32,000 nt of DNA from Actinomycetota bacterium (lineage in GTDB: Bacteria; Actinomycetota; Nitriliruptoria; Nitriliruptorales; Nitriliruptoraceae): positions 34,648-66,647 of the forward strand of contig JAHWKY010000012.1 of assembly GCA_019347575.1 (NCBI GenBank), given 5' to 3'. Shown here one piece after another: positions 26,192 to 32,000 of the stretch. A program made the translations under genes and the position numbers. The notes beneath the pieces are model-generated. The model was not told the DNA's origin. It did not search any database and saw only the letters and a list, made by a program, of their open reading frames with translations. The first letter of the stretch is position 1. Every line of letters begins with the position of its first letter.

Positions 26192-27423
26192 CCGCGGAGG
26201 GTCGCGCCCCGATCCCCGATGATGCGCTGACACCGGTCGATGTGTACAAGGCGGGAAGCCTCGCGGCACACCTGTGGCGGCTCGGCGACACGGTCGTGTT
26301 CCGCTACCGCGCGGACTACGTCGGGTCCGGGGCGCCCCCCGTGGGGTTCAGCCTCGGCCTCACCACGCGTGAGGTGGCGACGCCGCGGATGCAGCTGCCC
26401 GCGTTCTTCGCCGGGCTGCTGCCCGAAGGCGAGTCCCGGCGACGCGACCTCCAGCGCGCGTACCACCTCGCTGAGGATGACGAGCTCGGTCTGCTCGCCG
26501 TGGTCGGGGCCGACACCGTCGGTGACGTGCAGGTCGTACCCGCCGGCGAGCAGCTGCCTGCCGACGACGTGCCCACCGAACCGCCCGCCTGGGAGACGGT
26601 GTCGTTCCGCGAGCTGTGGCGCCAGCTGCCCGGACCCCGCTCGCGGTCGGCGCTGCCCGGCGTGCAGCCGAAGATGTCCGCGCACCCGCGCGCACTCGCT
26701 GGCGGCGCCGTGGGCCCGGTGATCCTCAAGTTCGCGATCGAGGGCTGGCACGGGGCGTTGAGCAACGAGCGCTTCTTCATGGCGCACGGCCCCGACGTCG
26801 GCCTCGCGGCGCCTGAGGTCGCGGTGGTCGCCGACCGGGACGGCGAGCAGGCGCTCCAGGTCGCGCGCTTCGACCGCACCGTCGACGGCGGGGAGTTGCT
26901 GCGGCACCCACAGGAGGACGCCACCCAGGTCCTGGGGCTCCGCCCCGGCGAGAAGTACGACCCCGATGCGCGCACGGTCGTGGACGCGCTCGCCAGCCGG
27001 TGCGCGTCACCGCGGCTGGCCGCCCGTGACCTGTTCCACCAACTCGTGTACTCGTACGCGGTGGGCAACAACGACGTCCACGCCAAGAACCTGTCGATCC
27101 AGCGCGAGCCGCGTTCGGGGTTGTGGGTCGTCACGCCGATCTACGACGTCCTCCACACCTGGCCCTACGAGGGCGACCACCGCTTCCTCCCGGCCGTGCG
27201 TCCTGACGGGCCCCACGACAGCGTCACGCTGCGGTACTGGCTCGACCTGGCCGCGGACATCGACCTGCCGGACAAGGCGGCACGCCGCATCGTCGATCAG
27301 GTCACCGCAGGCGTCGGCGAGCTCCTCGATCTCGCGGCCGAGCAGATCACGCTTCCCGCCGACTGGATGCGTGACCTGCAGCGCACGATCCGACGGCGCG
27401 TGCGCGACCTCGGCGGCCGCTGA
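26188..27423 (+). CDS. hipA: HipA-family serine/threonine kinase toxin
   Basis: LPGVQPKMS and YAVGNNDVHAKNLSI motifs. 411 aa. Confidence 0.9.
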   Translation: MTAEGRAPIPDDALTPVDVYKAGSLAAHLWRLGDTVVFRYRADYVGSGAPPVGFSLGLTTREVATPRMQLPAFFAGLLPEGESRRRDLQRAYHLAEDDELGLLAVVGADTVGDVQVVPAGEQLPADDVPTEPPAWETVSFRELWRQLPGPRSRSALPGVQPKMSAHPRALAGGAVGPVILKFAIEGWHGALSNERFFMAHGPDVGLAAPEVAVVADRDGEQALQVARFDRTVDGGELLRHPQEDATQVLGLRPGEKYDPDARTVVDALASRCASPRLAARDLFHQLVYSYAVGNNDVHAKNLSIQREPRSGLWVVTPIYDVLHTWPYEGDHRFLPAVRPDGPHDSVTLRYWLDLAADIDLPDKAARRIVDQVTAGVGELLDLAAEQITLPADWMRDLQRTIRRRVRDLGGR

Positions 27424-27474
27424 CCGGCATGCACACCGCGTGCGTCGGCACACCGGAGCGGCGGAACCCCCGAG
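27373..27474 (+). repeat. Direct repeat copy B (hipA 3' end plus downstream); partner at 3529-3631
   Basis: See copy A. It is in the same orientation and about 86 percent identical by hand alignment. Confidence 0.85.
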
Positions 27475-27549
27475 CTGGCACATCGAGTTGAGAGCGGGTC
27501 ACCGAGCGAACGAACGGCCCCTCGGGCAACCTGAACCAGGATGAGCACG

Positions 27550-27578
27550 TAGTTCACTTTATGCGTTAATCTGAACTA
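27550..27578. promoter_or_regulatory. Inverted repeat in the AT-rich patch upstream of the Fic gene
   Basis: tagttca (27550-27556) and tgaacta (27572-27578) are separated by a 15-nt spacer. This is locally the most AT-rich stretch of the right half. RBS aggtgg precedes ATG 27599. Confidence 0.3.
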
Positions 27579-27598
27579 AGCCGACTAGGTGGTTCGGG

Positions 27599-28807
27599 AT
27601 GCGAGGCCGCTACGAGCGACGGACGTGGCAGCACGACCCCGCCGCGTACGCCCCGCCGCGCTACCGACGCGCCTGTGGATACGAGGTGTTCCTACCCGAA
27701 CCCCTCGCCGGGTTCGCTCCCGGGCTGTCGGCGGCCACCGTCGCGACGTTGTCCGAAGCGGAGCGGGCCCTTCAAACGGTCGGCGGAGCTTCCGAGCGCG
27801 CGCTGGCTCCGCTGGCGCGGCTGCTGCTGCGGACGGAATCGATCGCCTCATCCAAGGTCGAGGGGCTCCACGTGGATGCTCGCGACCTCGCCCGCAGCGA
27901 GGCGCGAGCCGACACCGGCGCCAAGGTCGGCCCGACCGTGGCTGAGGTGCTGGGCAACATCGACGCCATGCAGCTCGCGATCGAGGAGGCGGTGACCTCC
28001 GAACGCTTCGATCGGAGCCAGATCCTGGCCATCCACCGTCAACTGATGTCGCGAGCACCCAACCCGCGCAACGCCGGACGGATCCGGACGCAGCAGAACT
28101 GGGTCGGCGGCAACGACTTCACCCCCTGCGGTGCCGAGTTCGTCCCCCCACCCCCCGAACTCGTCGATCCGCTGCTGGAGGACCTCTGCGCGGCGATCAC
28201 CGATGACTCGATGGCGCCGCTGGTGCAAGCCGCGTTGGTCCACGCACAGTTCGAGACCATCCACCCCTTCGACGACGGCAACGGCCGGACCGGACGGACC
28301 CTCATCCACGTGGTGCTCCGGCGGCGGCGCATCACCCGCTCGTACGTGCCTCCGATCAGCGTGCTGTTCGCCCGCGGCCGTGATCGCTACATCGCCGGGC
28401 TGACCGGGTACCGGCACGAGGAGGTGGAGGCGTGGGTCGAGCAGTTCGCCGCCGCGGCGGCGCGCGCGGCGCTGCTGGCGAGCACCTACCTGGACGCCAC
28501 CGAAGCGATGCAGCGACGCTGGCAGGCCCAGCTCCGCGCCCGCTCGGATCCGCGCGCCGACGCCGCCGCCTGGTCCGTCATCGAGGCGCTTCCGGCACAC
28601 CCCGTCATCACCGCGGCCGTAGCGACAGCGGCGACGGGACGCGCGAAGGCTGCCGTCTACGCCGCACTGGAGCAGCTCGAAGACGCCGGCGTGCTGCGTC
28701 CTCTGAGCGGTGGCCGCCGCAACCGCTCCTGGGAGGCCGCCGGACTGCTCGACCTCGTCGCTCAGCTGGAGGAAGGCCAGAAGCCGCAGGCGGAACCGCA
28801 TGAGTAG
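27599..28807 (+). CDS. Fic family protein (AMPylase-type)
   Basis: Canonical Fic motif HPFDDGNGRTGR. 402 aa with a C-terminal wHTH-like tail. Confidence 0.9.
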   Translation: MRGRYERRTWQHDPAAYAPPRYRRACGYEVFLPEPLAGFAPGLSAATVATLSEAERALQTVGGASERALAPLARLLLRTESIASSKVEGLHVDARDLARSEARADTGAKVGPTVAEVLGNIDAMQLAIEEAVTSERFDRSQILAIHRQLMSRAPNPRNAGRIRTQQNWVGGNDFTPCGAEFVPPPPELVDPLLEDLCAAITDDSMAPLVQAALVHAQFETIHPFDDGNGRTGRTLIHVVLRRRRITRSYVPPISVLFARGRDRYIAGLTGYRHEEVEAWVEQFAAAAARAALLASTYLDATEAMQRRWQAQLRARSDPRADAAAWSVIEALPAHPVITAAVATAATGRAKAAVYAALEQLEDAGVLRPLSGGRRNRSWEAAGLLDLVAQLEEGQKPQAEPHE

Positions 28808-28885
28808 ATCTTGTGTCAACGTCGGGGGGGAGCGAGCCCAGGAGCGGTGCCTCGAGCCACGCGTGTTTCGCACTGCCGAGGTCGG

Positions 28886-29455
28886 TTAGTTCCGGCCGGT
28901 CAGGGAGCCGTTCTCACGCAGTAGGGCCACGAGACGTTCGAGGCGCTGGCGCTTCGCCGCTGGTTCAGCACTCATCGCAGCCGCGCGACGTGACAGCGTG
29001 ACGCCATCGAGCAGGTCGGCGTGCCACAGAGCCTCGACGAACCGATGGTCGTGGGGTCGGTCGGCGGCGAGCTTGGCGAGCGCGAGGTCGTGCACCTCCG
29101 GGAAGTAGACGTCGGTCACCTCGCCGGCGGCATCGTCCGTCTTCAGCTTCACAACGCGACCTTCCCACCCGTCCGGCAAGCTGGCCTCGTCGAGCGTCAT
29201 TCCGTCGGCGTGGTAGGTGAACTGGCGCGCGAACGGCGACATGAACCCGATGGCTCCGTCGACGCGGCTCGCGGCATCGCCGACCGGGTCATCGAGGATC
29301 ACGACGTCCGCCTCGATGGAGCGCACGACCTCGGGTGGGAGCTCCTCGACGTCGAACGAACCGTGGATCGCCTGGCTACCCAGGATCAGAACGCGACGAA
29401 CGCCGGCGACGTCAGCCGCCGCGCGCGCGACGTGGAAGACCTCGCTACGCCGCAT
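28886..29455 (-). CDS. Nucleotidyltransferase-fold protein (toxin-like partner of the upstream HTH gene)
   Basis: ATG 29455 overlaps the upstream stop by 11 nt. VLILGSQAIHGS...SIEADVVI fits the G-S...(D/E)-x-D pattern. The 29566 start gives a junk N-terminus. Confidence 0.55.
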   Translation of the reverse strand: MRRSEVFHVARAAADVAGVRRVLILGSQAIHGSFDVEELPPEVVRSIEADVVILDDPVGDAASRVDGAIGFMSPFARQFTYHADGMTLDEASLPDGWEGRVVKLKTDDAAGEVTDVYFPEVHDLALAKLAADRPHDHRFVEALWHADLLDGVTLSRRAAAMSAEPAAKRQRLERLVALLRENGSLTGRN

Positions 29456-29927
29456 AGGCCATCTCCAACACCCGGCCACGCTCGGCGTCGTCGATGTCCA
29501 CGACGAGGGCGAGCGGAGTGTCGGTCTTGAGCGGGCGCACCGCTGGATCCAACGAGGTGAGGACACCGATGACCGCCTCTGGACCGGCGTCGAGGAGCGC
29601 CTCCCACGTGTCGGTCCACGCCGATCGGCCTGCGAGGCGAGGCAGCGCGTCGCGGGCGTCCTCCAACAAGCCGGGTTCCGAGGCCACCCTGGCGGCGATG
29701 CGCTCGCAGAGCAGGTCCACGAACCGATCGTTGCGCGACCTGGCGGGCGAGACCGTCAGGTCGTGGCCGGCGGCGCGCAAGAGACGAACGAGCGTGTCGG
29801 CACGCGGGACCTTGGCCGCGGTCTCGTAGGCGGCAACGGTGGGGCCCGACGTACCAGCCCGATGAGCCAGCTCACGCTGACTGACCGCAGCACGTCGGCG
29901 CACGTCTCGCAGGAGCTCACCGACCAC
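29445..29927 (-). CDS. XRE-family HTH protein (antitoxin-like)
   Basis: GTG 29927 is preceded by GGAG. LRDVRRRAAVSQRELAHRAGTSGPTVAAYE. The longer 30230 start gives an R/P/A-rich extension. Confidence 0.7.
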   Translation of the reverse strand: MVGELLRDVRRRAAVSQRELAHRAGTSGPTVAAYETAAKVPRADTLVRLLRAAGHDLTVSPARSRNDRFVDLLCERIAARVASEPGLLEDARDALPRLAGRSAWTDTWEALLDAGPEAVIGVLTSLDPAVRPLKTDTPLALVVDIDDAERGRVLEMAYAA

Positions 29928-29944
29928 GCGACCATCTCCTCGTC

Positions 29945-29970
29945 GTTCGCTATCCAATAGGATAGCGAAC
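29945..29970. promoter_or_regulatory. Perfect inverted repeat operator between the HTH/NTase operon and the integrase gene
   Basis: gttcgctatcc-aata-ggatagcgaac has 11-bp perfect arms and a 4-nt spacer. It lies 18 nt upstream of the HTH gene start. Confidence 0.6.
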
Positions 29971-30044
29971 CCGGGGTCTCGATTTCCACAGCCGACGGAG
30001 GCACCGTCGTCGGTGCCGGCGACCCGTGGCCGCACCCTGGCGGC

Positions 30045-31341
30045 ATGTCGCGGACCTACGTCGCCGTCAACTGGCAGAACCGGTCGTGGTCGGCGGAGTG
30101 GAGCTACGGGACCCAGACCCGGCTGCTCTGTCCCCGCTGCGACTGGCGCTGCTGGGCGTTCGAGCTCGACGATCCGCCGACGTTCTGCCCGCGGTGCCGC
30201 ACCGCGCTGCGACGCGAGCGGGGCCGACACCGCCAGCGCAAGGGCGGGTTCGCGACCGTCCCCGAGGCGAAGGCCTACCTCCTCGAGAGGTTCCCGTACG
30301 AGGTCGATCGCATCGCCGCCATCGACGACGACAGGTCCCCGCCCTCGCCCCGCCCCCCGCCGCGAGCGTGAACCTCAGCCGGACCGGGGGCCGCTGGTCG
30401 GGGCGGTGCTCGAGGACTGGCTGGAGGTGCACCGCACCCAGGTGCAGCACTCGACCTGGCGCAGCTACGAGCAGGCCGTGCGCTGCTACCTCGTCCCCGG
30501 CCTACACGGCGTGTACGTGCGCGAGCTCGCCCCGGCGATGCTCACCAGGCTGTACGCGCAGCTGCTCGAGCGCGGCGGCCTGCGCGGCAAGCCGCTGTCG
30601 ATCGCCACCGTCCAGCGCATCCACCACATCCTGCGCCGCGCCCTCGACCAGCTCGTCGACGACGAGGTCATCGACCGCAACCCCGCCGCCAAGGCGACCG
30701 TGCCGCGCCGCGACCCGCGCACCGGCGCCGACCCCACCGTCCGCGAGCTGCGCACCTGGACCGCCGCGCAGGTCCGGGTCTTCCTCGCCTCCACCGTGGG
30801 TCACGAGTACGCCGACGTGTGGCGGCTGGCGATCGGGACCGGGATGCGGCGGGGCGAGCTGCTCGGGCTGCGCTGGGACGACGTCGACAGCGACGGGCGC
30901 CGCCTCGTCGTGCGCAAGTCGCTGACGGTGATCGACGGCCGCCCCGAGCTGAAGACCATCAAGTCCTCCCGCCCCCGCATCGTCACCCTCGACGCGGCCA
31001 CGTGGCAGGCGATCGAGCACCGCGCCGCGGACCGTCCGCCCCGCAACCCCCTCGACGTGGTGTTCACCGACGCGTCCGGCGACCCCATCCTCCCTGACCG
31101 CGTCACCCGGGCGTGGCGCAAGCTGATGACCGAGCTGCCCCTCCCCCGGCTGCGGTTGCACGATCTCAGGCATACGCACGCCAGTCTGCTGTTGGCCCAG
31201 GGCGTGCCGGTCAAGGTCGTCTCCGAGCGGCTCGGCCATGCCTCGGTGCAGATCACCCTCGACGTGTACGCCCACGTGCTGCCTTCGATGGACGCCGACG
31301 CCGCGGCGACGTTCGGGGCGCTGCTCGACCGTGGGTCCTGA
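30045..31341 (+). pseudogene. Tyrosine recombinase/integrase with a zinc-ribbon-containing arm-type N-terminus; apparent 1-nt frameshift
   Basis: The catalytic region is in the frame of ORF 30013 (GMRRGELLGLRW, HDLRHTHASLLL, LGHASVQITLDVYAHV). The arm-type N-terminus (CPRC...CPRC...RQRKGGFATVPEAKAYL) is in the frame of ORF 30045, which stops at 30371. The span is 3n+1. C-rich runs at 30337-30358 are the likely slip site. Confidence 0.75.
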
Positions 31342-31380
31342 CCGACCGCCGCGATGCCGGCCTGTGCAGCGGCGCGGCGC

Positions 31381-32000
31381 TCAGCGCAGGTCGAGCCAGA
31401 CCAGGCGGTGGTCCGAGCTTGGGAACGGGTAGTCGCCGACGAGCCGGAACAGCGGGTCGTCGCGGGTGGGCCAGAACACCCCACCGTCGAGCACCTCGAG
31501 GTCGGTGGAGGCGAGCACGTAGTCGGCGCGCAGGTTGCCGGGGGCGACGTCGCTGAAGTCGGCCGTGTCGAAGCGCGGGTCCCCGACGTGGTCGAGGTTG
31601 GCGCCACCCTGGACGGCCGAGGCCTCGACCGCCCCGTCGCTGGCCGGGGTCAGGGAGGTGTCCACGCGCGGGTGATCGAGCAGCTGCAGGATCGCGTCCG
31701 CGAACGAGTCGCCGTCGTGAGGGTCGGCGTTCTGGTCGCCCACGATCACGAAGGAGGCGCCCGCAGGAAGACCGCCGGGGACACCGTCGTCGTCGTAGAG
31801 GTAGCCGCTGCGGTCGGGCGTGACGTAGTCGGCCCAGAGGCGGATCTCGTCGTGGTTGCGGCGGCCGTTGCGGTCCTCCGCCCCGTCGAACACCGGCGGG
31901 GTGGGGTGGCTGGCGAGCAGGTGCACGATCCGGCCATGGAGCCGGATCGGTACGTCCCAGTGGCTCTTGGACGACAGCCGCAGGACCTCGAGCTCCTCGG
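31381..32000 (-). CDS. Endonuclease/exonuclease/phosphatase (EEP) family protein; 5' end outside the window
   Basis: ..HLLASHPTPPVFDG...NHDEIRLW...GDQNADP...SDHRLVWLDLR is typical of EEP-fold proteins. The frame stays open to the window edge. Confidence 0.7.
   Translation of the reverse strand, partial: EELEVLRLSSKSHWDVPIRLHGRIVHLLASHPTPPVFDGAEDRNGRRNHDEIRLWADYVTPDRSGYLYDDDGVPGGLPAGASFVIVGDQNADPHDGDSFADAILQLLDHPRVDTSLTPASDGAVEASAVQGGANLDHVGDPRFDTADFSDVAPGNLRADYVLASTDLEVLDGGVFWPTRDDPLFRLVGDYPFPSSDHRLVWLDLR

Noticed and set aside
26041-27134. 288-aa and 272-aa minus-strand ORFs opposite hipA
   Set aside because: They are antisense to a HipA gene with canonical kinase motifs, and their translations are R/G/P/A-rich.
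27848-28873. 341-aa minus-strand ORF opposite the Fic gene
   Set aside because: It is antisense to the gene carrying HPFDDGNGRTGR and has junk composition.
30013-30400. N-terminal ~130 aa of the 442-aa integrase ORF as annotated in the track
   Set aside because: This part is R/P/G/S-rich junk. The genuine arm-type N-terminus is in the frame of ORF 30045, so I call a frameshift rather than accept the 30013 start.
31338-31380. Possible att core shared between the integrase-proximal flank (gaccgaccgccgc / ggcgcggcgctcagc) and the left boundary region (2117-2140, 2518-2540)
   Set aside because: Only 9-nt GC-rich matches were found by eye, which is expected by chance in DNA of this composition. 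This needs a computed repeat search.
30502-31607. 257-aa and 268-aa minus-strand ORFs opposite the integrase
   Set aside because: They are antisense shadows of the integrase catalytic domain. They are low-complexity and have no motifs.
1-32000. CRISPR arrays, tRNA or rRNA genes, transposase/IS elements
   Set aside because: I saw no regularly spaced short repeats, no cloverleaf-like conserved tRNA segments next to the integrase, and no transposase-like ORFs or terminal inverted repeats. Absence was judged by eye only.

Overview
High-GC, actinobacterial-type DNA. Two short core-like stretches flank a large mosaic accessory region: a VOC-fold gene plus an ABC-2 exporter pair at 1-2032, and an EEP-family gene at 31381-32000. 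The accessory region (about 2.4-31.4 kb) reads as a defence and toxin-antitoxin island.

From about 20.1 kb down to 3.9 kb almost everything is on the minus strand, in tightly overlapping operons:
- NYN nuclease, HTH-fused N6-adenine methyltransferase and a half-size specificity subunit (17373-20073).
- A canonical type I R-M operon hsdM-hsdS-hsdR with a coupled DUF45/M48-like HExxH peptidase (9550-17129).
- A NucS/DUF91-like PD-(D/E)XK nuclease with a frameshifted partner gene (7773-9398).
- A three-gene Lamassu / ABC-3C-type system: Mrr-like effector, small middle component and SMC/Rad50-like ATPase with a CxxC hook (3927-7299).

On the plus strand, 20173-23110 holds a translationally coupled trio that I cannot assign to any described system and consider the best novelty candidate. 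It consists of a minimal nucleotidyltransferase, an XRE-HTH/ImmA-IrrE-type metallopeptidase and a TGT/DpdA-like protein with a CxCxxC...H zinc motif.

The right part (24.1-31.3 kb) visibly has higher GC. It carries two XRE + NTase-fold pairs, DUF2442, hipBA, a Fic protein and a frameshifted tyrosine integrase.

A roughly 103-nt copy of the hipA 3' end plus its downstream sequence recurs at 3529-3631, so a direct repeat brackets about 24 kb of the island. Gene remnants at 2.1-2.55 kb mark the left boundary.

I saw no rRNA, tRNA or CRISPR array. Most other long ORFs in the track are antisense or off-frame artefacts typical of high-GC DNA.
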